Source: an uncultured Candidatus Poseidoniales archaeon
GTDB lineage: Archaea; Thermoplasmatota; Poseidoniia; Poseidoniales; Thalassarchaeaceae
DNA: 21,611 bases
Assembly: GCA_964645485.1 (NCBI GenBank)
Contig: CAZXZO010000029.1
Coordinates: forward strand, 1 to 21,611
Direction: 5' to 3'
Part shown: positions 7,060-15,131 of the stretch, in pieces
Layout: each line of letters opens with the position of its first letter
Position numbering within the stretch: the first letter of the stretch is position 1
Translations under genes and position numbers: made by a program
The notes under the pieces: model-generated
The model's input: only the letters and a program-made list of their open reading frames with translations
What the model was told of the DNA's origin: nothing
The model's database searches: none

Positions 7060-8964
7060 ATGGCTGATGCAGAATATCCTGGAATTCCAACAACTACTGA
7101 TGGCGCTGGAACTGTTGTCTGGGTAGAGAGCCACATAACCGATGGTTCGTGTGCCTATCCGATAACCCCCTCAACAACTATGGGTGTTGGTTACAACATG
7201 GAAGTGTCGAACGGAAAAGAGAATCTTTGGGGAACTAGATTAGCTTTCATTGAGCCAGAATCAGAACATTCCTCAGCATCGGCTGCAGAAGGGTTTGCAC
7301 TCGCTGGTGGTCGAGTCACCAATTTCACAAGTGGTCAAGGACTTATCCTGATGAAGGAAGTTCTCTATGTCATTAGCGGTAAGCGACTTCCGATAGTGTT
7401 CCATATTGGCTCAAGAGCAATGACAAGCCAGTCACTCAATGTTCACGCAGGTCATGATGATGTGATGGGTGTGTCAGATGTTGGGTGGGCAATTCTTTTT
7501 GCTAGAAATGCGCAAGAAGCAGGAGACCTTGCACTAATTTGTCGAAGGGCTGCTGAAATAAGTTCAACACCATTCTTGAATTGTCAAGATGGTTTCTTGA
7601 CCACGCACACAATCGAAAATACATTGTTGATTGAACCTGAAATGATGCGTGAATTCGTTGGTGACCCAGCAACTAAACTTCGTAACATGTTTGATCCATA
7701 TAATCCGATAATGACTGGAGTTGTGCAAAATCAAGATGCTTACATGAAAGGGAAAATCGCGCAACGCTCTTTTACTGATTTAGTCAAGCCAGCAGTGATG
7801 GAATCGATGCAGTTATTTAGCGACTTAACCGGTCGTAATTATGACTTAATTGATGGATATATGATGGAGGATGCAGAGTATGCAATTGTTGGAATTGGTT
7901 CAATGATAGAGACTGCAACGGCTGTTATAGACTATTTACGGGAACAAGGTCGAAAAGTTGGTTGTGTTCATGTCACATGTTTCCGCCCATTCCCTAGCCA
8001 AGAAATAGCACGTATGATTGGTGGATGTAAGGCAATAGCAGTGCTTGAAAGGATGGATGACCCGATGGCAGCCGACAACCCACTGACAATGGAAGTCAAA
8101 ACTGCGTTGTTTGATTCTGGTTTCAATCCTAAATTATTCACCGGCTCATATGGTCTAGGTTCAAGAGATGTCACATCATCAGATATTATCGCAACTTATG
8201 ATTTGCTAGCAAGTGGTGAGGAACCACGTTTCATCACTCTTGGAATAGACCACCCAACTGCACTAGAGCGCACGCACGAGTACGATGGTCGACCAGATAG
8301 TGCCTTCAGTATGAGAGGTCACAGTGTGGGTGGATTTGGTAGCGTGACAACAAACAAAATCATCGCTACAATTTCCGCAGACTTATTTGGGAAGAGAGTT
8401 CAAGCATTTCCTAAATACGGTTCTGAAAAGAAGGGATTGCCAACCAATTTCTATCTAACTATTGCCGATGAAAGAATCCGTATTCACCATGAATTAGATG
8501 TTCTTGACTTCATCGCAGTCCAAGATGAAAACGCATTTGTAACTAGTAATCCACTAAAGGGATTGAAAGATGGAGGTAGCGTGTTTATTCAATCAACAGC
8601 AACCTCTGTTGAACAGGTAGTGCAGAGTCTTCCTCCAAGGACGATAAAAGAAATCTGTGACCGTGATTTGAAAATCTTGTATCTTGATACTGCAAAAATC
8701 GCACGTGAAGTCAGTAGTAGCGTCGATTTAGTAGTTAGAATGCAAGGAATTGTGTTGCTTGGAATCTTCCTCAAATGTACGCCATTTGCTAGCCAAGTTG
8801 ATGACCAACAGATGTATGCATCAATCGAAAAATCACTTCGCAAGTATTTTGGTAAACGCGGTGAACAAGTTGTCAGTGATAACCTAACATGTGTTCGCCG
8901 TGGATATGAAGAGGTTTCAATCATAACTTCAGAAGAAATAGATTCACTGGAGGTGAAATTATGA
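7060..8964 (+). CDS. Pyruvate/2-oxoacid:ferredoxin oxidoreductase, NifJ-type N-terminal subunit (domains I-III, alpha+gamma)
   Basis: AYPITPS, ESEHS, HIGSRA, DAEYAIVGIGS, GSYGLGSRD, GHSVGGFGSVTTNK and YGSEKKG motifs. Confidence 0.92.
   Translation: MADAEYPGIPTTTDGAGTVVWVESHITDGSCAYPITPSTTMGVGYNMEVSNGKENLWGTRLAFIEPESEHSSASAAEGFALAGGRVTNFTSGQGLILMKEVLYVISGKRLPIVFHIGSRAMTSQSLNVHAGHDDVMGVSDVGWAILFARNAQEAGDLALICRRAAEISSTPFLNCQDGFLTTHTIENTLLIEPEMMREFVGDPATKLRNMFDPYNPIMTGVVQNQDAYMKGKIAQRSFTDLVKPAVMESMQLFSDLTGRNYDLIDGYMMEDAEYAIVGIGSMIETATAVIDYLREQGRKVGCVHVTCFRPFPSQEIARMIGGCKAIAVLERMDDPMAADNPLTMEVKTALFDSGFNPKLFTGSYGLGSRDVTSSDIIATYDLLASGEEPRFITLGIDHPTALERTHEYDGRPDSAFSMRGHSVGGFGSVTTNKIIATISADLFGKRVQAFPKYGSEKKGLPTNFYLTIADERIRIHHELDVLDFIAVQDENAFVTSNPLKGLKDGGSVFIQSTATSVEQVVQSLPPRTIKEICDRDLKILYLDTAKIAREVSSSVDLVVRMQGIVLLGIFLKCTPFASQVDDQQMYASIEKSLRKYFGKRGEQVVSDNLTCVRRGYEEVSIITSEEIDSLEVKL
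8949..8956 (+). promoter_or_regulatory. Shine-Dalgarno site for the second oxidoreductase subunit
   Basis: Perfect GGAGGTGA 4 nt before ATG 8961, with an ATGA start/stop overlap at 8961-8964. Confidence 0.85.
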
Positions 8965-10553
8965 CCATCAGACTACCAACAGCACATGACAAGGATTTCT
9001 TCGACATAGATGATTTTGAAAACCGAATAATTAGCGCTTACAATGATGGCTCAGCCTCAGACACGCTCGCCGCAGATTCGGCTCACGCGCGTTCAATTAT
9101 CGCAGCAGGTTCAGGCCGTCACCGTGATTTCTCTTACATTGCTCATGAAATTCCTGAGTTCATTGCTGATGCCTGTGTTGGTTGCATGGATTGTGTTACA
9201 ATGTGTCCAGATACAGCAATTCTCGGAAAAGTTGTAGATGAAGAAACCCTCAACACGAATCTCAATATTCTACCACCATCAGAACAAGAAGAGATGAATC
9301 GCCTTTGGCCAAAGACTCGAAAATACTGGGACAACCGGGAAAAGAAGGGCAAGAAGCCGGGAAGATTTGGAATTTTCATAGACCCATCAAAGTGTAAGGG
9401 TTGTTCAGAATGTGTAGAGGTTTGTGGAGACAAAAACGCACTAGCCATGGTTGGCAAGGAAAAGTACGGCATGGAACATCACAGAAAATTGTGGGAATTT
9501 TATGAGGCACTTGGACCAACAGACCACGATTACATCAATGAGAGGTCATTGATGGATATGATGCTAGCAGAAGAATCTCTACTCTATGTTGGTGGTGCAG
9601 GGTCCTGTGCGGGTTGTGGCGAGGCTACAGCACTAAGGATGATGGCAGCAGCAACCGGATTTGTGTACGGCAAAGAACGATTTGGAGTTGTAAATTCAAC
9701 AGGTTGCTCTACTGTTTACGGGTCAACTTATCCATTCAATCCGTGGGACATACCTTGGACTAACTCTCTCTTTGAGAATGGTGCCACTGATGCAATGGGT
9801 GTGCGGGTTCGATGGGACCAACTTGGATGGCAAGACAAGAAACTGTGGGTTGTTGGTGGAGACGGCGCAATGCTGGATATCGGATTTGGTTCACTATCCC
9901 GTCTGCTCTCCTCAGGAATGGATGTCAATGTATTCGTTCTTGACACTCAAGTATATTCGAATACTGGTGGACAAGCTTCCACTAGCACATATGTTGGTCA
10001 AGATGCAAAATTCGCCGCTCATGGAAAGGATATTCATGGTAAGACAGAGAGGAGAAAAGAAATCGGTGCGATTGCCGCAATGCATCCAAATGTCTATGTT
10101 GCACAAACAGTTACTTCTCTGCCGAATCATTTCTACAAGTGTGTGATGGAAGCGAATGAATTTGAAGGTCCATCAGTCATCAGTGTTTACACAACTTGTC
10201 AGCCTGAGCACGGAGTTGGAGACGATGCAGCCACTCGGCAAGCAAGGTTAGCGGTTGATACTCGTGCATTCCCTATCTTCGTCTTTGACCCGCGTAAGGG
10301 ACCAACCATGCAAGACAAATGGAGTCTGAAAGGTAACCCAAGTCCGAACAAAGATTGGCATCGAAAGAAGAATGATGAAGGCGAGTTTGAAGAGGTGAAA
10401 TTCCGAGACTTTGCTCTCACTGAAGGACGATTCCGTAAGCAGTTCAAAGATGGCGTTCCAAGTGATGCTATTCATGCCGCTGAGGCAGACAGATTAGAGT
10501 TTTGGAACCGCTTGCAAGACCTCGCTGGCATTGAGAGAATTATACCTGAGTAA
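8961..10553 (+). CDS. Pyruvate/2-oxoacid:ferredoxin oxidoreductase, C-terminal subunit (2x[4Fe-4S] ferredoxin domain plus TPP-binding beta domain)
   Basis: CVGCMDCVTMCP and CKGCSECVEVCG; GSCAGCGE, GCSTVYG and CQPEH cluster ligands; TPP motif GDGAMLDIG...DTQVYSNTGGQ. Confidence 0.93.
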   Translation: MTIRLPTAHDKDFFDIDDFENRIISAYNDGSASDTLAADSAHARSIIAAGSGRHRDFSYIAHEIPEFIADACVGCMDCVTMCPDTAILGKVVDEETLNTNLNILPPSEQEEMNRLWPKTRKYWDNREKKGKKPGRFGIFIDPSKCKGCSECVEVCGDKNALAMVGKEKYGMEHHRKLWEFYEALGPTDHDYINERSLMDMMLAEESLLYVGGAGSCAGCGEATALRMMAAATGFVYGKERFGVVNSTGCSTVYGSTYPFNPWDIPWTNSLFENGATDAMGVRVRWDQLGWQDKKLWVVGGDGAMLDIGFGSLSRLLSSGMDVNVFVLDTQVYSNTGGQASTSTYVGQDAKFAAHGKDIHGKTERRKEIGAIAAMHPNVYVAQTVTSLPNHFYKCVMEANEFEGPSVISVYTTCQPEHGVGDDAATRQARLAVDTRAFPIFVFDPRKGPTMQDKWSLKGNPSPNKDWHRKKNDEGEFEEVKFRDFALTEGRFRKQFKDGVPSDAIHAAEADRLEFWNRLQDLAGIERIIPE

Positions 10554-10555
10554 AA

Positions 10556-10572
10556 TCTTCTATTTTCTCTTT
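10556..10572 (+). terminator. Possible archaeal U-rich terminator
   Basis: TCTTCTATTTTCTCTTT immediately after the stop at 10553. Confidence 0.4.
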
Positions 10573-10629
10573 AAAATGCTATTTTGGGAATATTATTTCA
10601 AAGTCTACCAATAATACGCCCCACTTTCC

Positions 10630-10637
10630 TTAATATA
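10630..10637 (+). promoter_or_regulatory. TATA box, probably for a leaderless transcript
   Basis: TTAATATA centred about 26 nt upstream of ATG 10660. Confidence 0.6.
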
Positions 10638-10659
10638 GGTAGGTTCTTCAGCGGAAGTT

Positions 10660-13600
10660 ATGGGACTACGTAGTTTAACCCCGATGATTTTAGCAGCACT
10701 GATGTTGATGATGAGCTGGGGCGCTCTTATCGATGCAGTAGAAATGAATGATGAAGACGAAAATACAGCAGTATTGGAGACTGTTGATGTTGTGTTTGCC
10801 CCAAGCAACCCTGGTCATACAGTGTTTGGACAATACATAACATCTGACAATTGCGGATATTGTATGAGTTATGGTAGTCCAGCACATGATCAAGCAAAGA
10901 ATAGTTTGCCAGATAATTATGTGTACATTTCCTACCACAGTGCATCCTATGGTAATACAGCCGATGCAGAATCTGGTAATATCGCACCTATCTATGGTGT
11001 TTCCCACTTACAAGAAACAAGTGGTGCACCAAAGACATCTTTCGGAGATTCTACTCTTAACACAGGTTGTGGATCCAACACTTGCTGGGATTCCTACATC
11101 TCAAGTGGAGGTAACATGCACTCTACTGCAGCCGACTATGCAGTTGGTGTAGGACAGAGTGATAATGGCGACGGTACAACTGATATAACAATCTCAGCAT
11201 CTTACATAGGTTCAGGTACTGCTGCATCGTCAATCACATTGTACGCTGCAGTTACTGAGAAGGTTTGTCACTCCCACGCTTATTCAGATGGAAGCAAAGG
11301 TGGTAACTGCTGGGAAGCATGGCTATTGGACAATGGCAACTATGCAAGCAACAGTGGAAATACAGGTGGTTCAGGATTTGAGACAGTTTCGCTCTCCTCA
11401 GGTTCAGCTTCCAAGTCATGGACTGTTCCAAACAGTCTAGTAAGCGGTGGTGCAAGCAACATGAATACTGTTGCTGCACTCTTCAGCGGATGGAGCGCAA
11501 GCAGTTTCCGAGAGAATGTTTACGCTGCAGGTGACAGCACAATGAACCCACTAGACCTATCAGTTACTGATATGACAGTAACTAATCTTGACGCCCAATC
11601 TGTAGGATTCAAAACTGGTGACAGACTTCAGTTAGATGCAACAATTGGCAATACTGGCCAAGAAGATTATTCCGGTGCTGGTCAAATCCAATTCTTTGAA
11701 ATCAGTAGCTCAGGTTCTGAAAACCCAATTGGTCAAGCAGTTTCATTGAATAATTTGGTGGCTGGTGCAACTCAATCAGTTTCCGCTGAATTTGACACAT
11801 CTTCAATCCCAATGAATCAGAATGACCCTAACACTGTGTTCCGAATTAAATTAACAGGAACTGTTGGTGAGAGTATGGCATCGAATAATGTTCAGGATGT
11901 TCTAGCACCTCACGACTTATTACCTGGTACATCCAAGCCAATTTCAGTTGGCTCAACTCAGATAGATAGAGGAAGCGTCCTTGACTTTGAAGTCTCAGGA
12001 TTCTCCAACGACAATGTGGACGACATGTCCTCAATGACAGCAGAATTTGAAACAAGTGAAGCAGGCGCGAACCAATGGAGTGGTGCTTGGATAACTGGTG
12101 GAAATCTAATGGGCGCAGGTGGCGCAAATGAGCGCTTTGTGTTCACTGTTACCCCACCTAACTCCGCAGCCAGCGGTGATTACGACGCCCGAGCAAGACT
12201 GATTGATGCAAGAGGCCAAATTGGTGACTGGTCCACAGTTAACAGTAATGCATTCAGCCTCCTGAATGGTCTTCCAATGGTTGTAAACTCAGATAATCTT
12301 GGTGAAGCCCCTTCAAACTGCCCAACATACCCAGGTCAGCCAACAGTTAAGGTAGAAACAATTGAGACAATTCCTGTAGCAGGTTTGATTTGCGATGCTG
12401 AAACACCTCTTGACCAACTTGTAATATCAAGCACTAACCCTGCATTCCGCTCATGGAATCCAACAACCGGAGAAATCGAAGTTAAGTTTGATACAGTTAA
12501 CAAGAATCTCCAAGGAGAAGTAATTGCACAACCACTTCAAGTAAACCTCCACGATGGTGAGGACAGCAACAGCGGAACACTCAATATTATGGTTATTGAA
12601 AATGGTGCACCACGCTGGTCATCTCTGCCGACACAATCCTTCGATGAAGGTTCGGGAAGTTCACTAATCATGACAACTTTCTTGTCTGACACAGATTCTA
12701 GTGGTCAAAGTTCAAGTCCAATGGGATTAGCATTAACTGTTGAATACATTTCGAACACTTCCTTAATTGAAGCAAGTTTGAATGGCCACACTCTCAACAT
12801 CGATGCAGTTGATGATGATGTATTCGGCACAGCATTAGTAACAATCCGTGCAACAGATGCTGATGGCCAATCGTCAGACACAGATTTGACAGTAATTATC
12901 GCTAACGTGAATGATGCTCCAACACTTGATACGTCATTCTTTGACGACTTCAAAATCAAGGTCGGTGACGAGTTCACCTTCAACGTGGGCGAAAGCATGT
13001 CTGATGTTGATGATGCAGTAGATCCAATCAATGTGGTAGTTTCCGCAGACACATGGCAGACAGGTTCTCGATACAATGCTCTAACTGGAGAACTCAAAGC
13101 TTCGTTCGAAGATGAAGGAACTCATACTATTTCCATAGTAGTACGTGATTCACATGATGGAATGAGTGCCTATGATGTCACAGTTGAGGCTGTAGACAGT
13201 TTGCCACTTGTGTGGTCTGAAAACGCTAACTCTGGAGACATGATGGTACAGGCTGAAAACGTCTTCGTAGGCGAACTTCCAACCTTTGTGGTTACTCAGC
13301 ACAGTGATTTGGTATTGTCTGACATTGAAATAGAATGGTCGATATGTAATCTTGATTCAGGAATTTGTTCGGACTTCGGTCTTGAGAATCCAACATCACT
13401 AACAGAATTCAATTTCACCATCGCAAAAGACGGTGGAGTGTTATTCCGTGATTATGTGAGTATTGGGGTTACCGCAATTGATTCCGATGGATTCGATAGA
13501 GAGACAACAACTGCCTTGAAATATGAAGTAACCGAAGAGAGACCAGAAGTTGTTGATGACTCAACTGATGATACAACTGTTAGTGGTGACGAAACACAAA

Positions 13601-13917
13601 ACGCAGCAGGTAATGCAGATATGGTAGTTTACGGCATCATTGGTGCATTCATCGTTGCTCTTCTAATTGCTCTCACGCTTGGAGTTATGCTTCTTCGTGG
13701 CGGTAAGGAACAGGAACTTGGAATGGGTTACGGGACAGCACCTCTAATGGGTATGCCACCAGCACCAGCAACTGATCTAGGAATGGTTCCAGACTACACT
13801 CATCTACCAGCCGGTGGAAACTATGTGACTAACGATTCAGGTCAGACTGTTTATCTTTCACCAGATAGCACTGACTGGACAATGCAGGCAGACAATACAT
13901 TCGTCCGCACTCGCTAA
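10660..13917 (+). CDS. Large secreted, C-terminally membrane-anchored surface protein: Omp28-like thioredoxin-fold CxxC domain, CARDB/Ig-like and cadherin-like domains
   Basis: N-terminal hydrophobic signal; TSDNCGYC...YISYH; LDATIGNTG...L-x-AGATQSVS (CARDB-like); DADG, VNDAP and DVDD cadherin-type motifs; TM segment VVYGIIGAFIVALLIALTLGVMLL; short cytoplasmic tail. Confidence 0.8.
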   Translation: MGLRSLTPMILAALMLMMSWGALIDAVEMNDEDENTAVLETVDVVFAPSNPGHTVFGQYITSDNCGYCMSYGSPAHDQAKNSLPDNYVYISYHSASYGNTADAESGNIAPIYGVSHLQETSGAPKTSFGDSTLNTGCGSNTCWDSYISSGGNMHSTAADYAVGVGQSDNGDGTTDITISASYIGSGTAASSITLYAAVTEKVCHSHAYSDGSKGGNCWEAWLLDNGNYASNSGNTGGSGFETVSLSSGSASKSWTVPNSLVSGGASNMNTVAALFSGWSASSFRENVYAAGDSTMNPLDLSVTDMTVTNLDAQSVGFKTGDRLQLDATIGNTGQEDYSGAGQIQFFEISSSGSENPIGQAVSLNNLVAGATQSVSAEFDTSSIPMNQNDPNTVFRIKLTGTVGESMASNNVQDVLAPHDLLPGTSKPISVGSTQIDRGSVLDFEVSGFSNDNVDDMSSMTAEFETSEAGANQWSGAWITGGNLMGAGGANERFVFTVTPPNSAASGDYDARARLIDARGQIGDWSTVNSNAFSLLNGLPMVVNSDNLGEAPSNCPTYPGQPTVKVETIETIPVAGLICDAETPLDQLVISSTNPAFRSWNPTTGEIEVKFDTVNKNLQGEVIAQPLQVNLHDGEDSNSGTLNIMVIENGAPRWSSLPTQSFDEGSGSSLIMTTFLSDTDSSGQSSSPMGLALTVEYISNTSLIEASLNGHTLNIDAVDDDVFGTALVTIRATDADGQSSDTDLTVIIANVNDAPTLDTSFFDDFKIKVGDEFTFNVGESMSDVDDAVDPINVVVSADTWQTGSRYNALTGELKASFEDEGTHTISIVVRDSHDGMSAYDVTVEAVDSLPLVWSENANSGDMMVQAENVFVGELPTFVVTQHSDLVLSDIEIEWSICNLDSGICSDFGLENPTSLTEFNFTIAKDGGVLFRDYVSIGVTAIDSDGFDRETTTALKYEVTEERPEVVDDSTDDTTVSGDETQNAAGNADMVVYGIIGAFIVALLIALTLGVMLLRGGKEQELGMGYGTAPLMGMPPAPATDLGMVPDYTHLPAGGNYVTNDSGQTVYLSPDSTDWTMQADNTFVRTR

Positions 13918-14067
13918 TCCTAGTACTAACAGCATGAGGGGTTTCCCCTCTCTAGGGAGCTTGACATAGCGTTAGTCTTCGTCGACACTCGCTAATCGTA
14001 CCCCCCTGACAGCATGAAGGAGTCACATTCTCTGTGAGAATTGACTTACGGTTAGTTTTGGCCCACA
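13908..14067 (+). ncRNA. Two tandem ~79-nt elements with conserved blocks and covarying stems; candidate structured RNA of unknown family
   Basis: Blocks CACTCGCTAATC, ACAGCATGA, TCTCT, TTGAC, GTTAGT and ACAC occur twice, with identical spacing from ACAGCATGA onward. Intervening bases differ while keeping pairing (see findings). Confidence 0.55.
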
Positions 14068-14112
14068 CATCATATCGGATGGTTCAATTGCTAAGCGCAT
14101 CTACCCTTGTTG

Positions 14113-14679
14113 ATGGCAAACGGACCCCGTCCCGATGGAGACGCAACCCGTGCTAGGATACTCATTTTTCTTGAAAAGAACCAAGGCGCCCATCTATCCG
14201 CCATTATTCGAGCCCTTCAACTAGGGAATCATCAAGCAACTATTCACCTCAAAACACTAGAATCCCAGTCCTCAATTTGGGAACGAAGAGAAGGTCAGTT
14301 GTTGAGATATTTCACGAATACAATCCCACCCCACACTTCACCTGAAGATTTACCAAACCCCCCCCAAATGTTCACACCTGATTCTGTGCAGTTTCGTATT
14401 ATTGACCGTCTAGCAAGGAACCCCAACCCAAGCAATAATGCAGGTCCCCTAACACAAGGAAAACTTGCAGATGAACTAGGATGTAGTCAACAATTAATCA
14501 GTCACCATCTTATTGCTCTTGAAAAGAGTGGATGCATTAAATCTCGTAAGTCTGGATTTCGAAAAAATTGGAGTGTGTTGGCTCCTGGTTTGCAAGCGAT
14601 TACAGGCGGCTCACGCTCTTTGTCAAGCATAGATCACCACGATTTGGAAGCATTGATAGTTCATTATGGTGGAGAATAA
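14113..14679 (+). CDS. Transcriptional regulator with two winged-helix (ArsR/MarR-like) domains
   Basis: HTH1: RARILIFLEKNQGAHLSAIIRALQLGNHQATIHLKTLE. HTH2: LTQGKLADELGCSQQLISHHLIALEKSGCI. ATG at 14113. Confidence 0.85.
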   Translation: MANGPRPDGDATRARILIFLEKNQGAHLSAIIRALQLGNHQATIHLKTLESQSSIWERREGQLLRYFTNTIPPHTSPEDLPNPPQMFTPDSVQFRIIDRLARNPNPSNNAGPLTQGKLADELGCSQQLISHHLIALEKSGCIKSRKSGFRKNWSVLAPGLQAITGGSRSLSSIDHHDLEALIVHYGGE

Positions 14680-14778
14680 ACACACCTACTTTGGTCAATT
14701 TTTCCTCTTTTTGATGGTTTCCGCATTGAATATATCTAACATTAGTATAAGAACGAGTACCAAAATAAGCCGAAACAA

Positions 14779-14795
14779 TATAAAACGGTCGTTTT
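14779..14795 (+). promoter_or_regulatory. TATA box overlapped by a perfect inverted repeat (operator candidate)
   Basis: TATAAAA at 14779-14785, 26 nt from ATG 14808; AAAACG-GT-CGTTTT at 14782-14795. Confidence 0.6.
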
Positions 14796-14807
14796 GCCGG
14801 TTAAATT

Positions 14808-14984
14808 ATGGCATCTGTAACAGATAACCTGCAAGCAATGATCGACACCCTGATGGGTGCAATGAAAGACGCTGAAAAGCACGAGCGCGGCACAGATGCT
14901 GCGTCACGCCGCCTACGCGGTGTACTATCAGCAACTGCAAAGAGCTGCAAGTCTCTTCGTGGTCAGATCCAAGACGAGCGCTGA
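14808..14984 (+). CDS. 58-aa Hc1-like (histone H1-like nucleoprotein N-terminal domain) small protein
   Basis: Manual translation (below the ORF-track cutoff): MASVTDNLQAMIDTLMGAMKDAEKHERGTDAASRRLRGVLSATAKSCKSLRGQIQDER. The DAEK-x-x-x-G-x-x-AA-x-x-R-L-R pattern matches the Hc1 family. It has its own TATA box and terminator. Confidence 0.8.
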   Translation: MASVTDNLQAMIDTLMGAMKDAEKHERGTDAASRRLRGVLSATAKSCKSLRGQIQDER

Positions 14985-15030
14985 AGTTCCTTCAACGCCA
15001 CTTGGTAATCTTTCCAGTATATGCGAACAC

Positions 15031-15080
15031 GGCCCGTCTTGGGGGGGGATTTTTCCCTTCCAAGCGGGCCATTTTTTTTT
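15031..15080 (+). terminator. Long hairpin plus T9 tract (intrinsic-terminator-like)
   Basis: GGCCCG/CGGGCC, CTTGG/CCAAG and an inner G-run/CCCTT stem with G-U pairs, followed by TTTTTTTTT at 15072-15080. Confidence 0.7.
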
Positions 15081-15131
15081 GTATTTTTATTAATGATATT
15101 CTCCAATTATTGTCTTCAAAATAATCTTTGA

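Noticed and set aside
8941-8970. Oxidoreductase split as a frameshift or pseudogene of a single-chain NifJ
   Set aside because: A perfect GGAGGTGA SD, the ATGA coupling overlap, a break at a domain boundary and intact motifs on both sides indicate two real genes.
13929-13965. Resemblance of AGCAUG...UGAC to the U6 snRNA internal stem-loop or group II intron domain V
   Set aside because: Only a few short matching bases; stem geometry and surrounding domains are absent. Treated as coincidence.
13908-14067. The tandem element as a CRISPR array, SECIS, C/D-box sRNA, H/ACA RNA or IS200/IS605 end
   Set aside because: Only two units and no cas genes. No in-frame UGA in the adjacent genes. No proper RUGAUGA/CUGA box set. 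ACA is present but there is no two-sided pocket. No TnpA/TnpB/IscB nearby. None is supported, though a covariance search is needed to exclude them fully.
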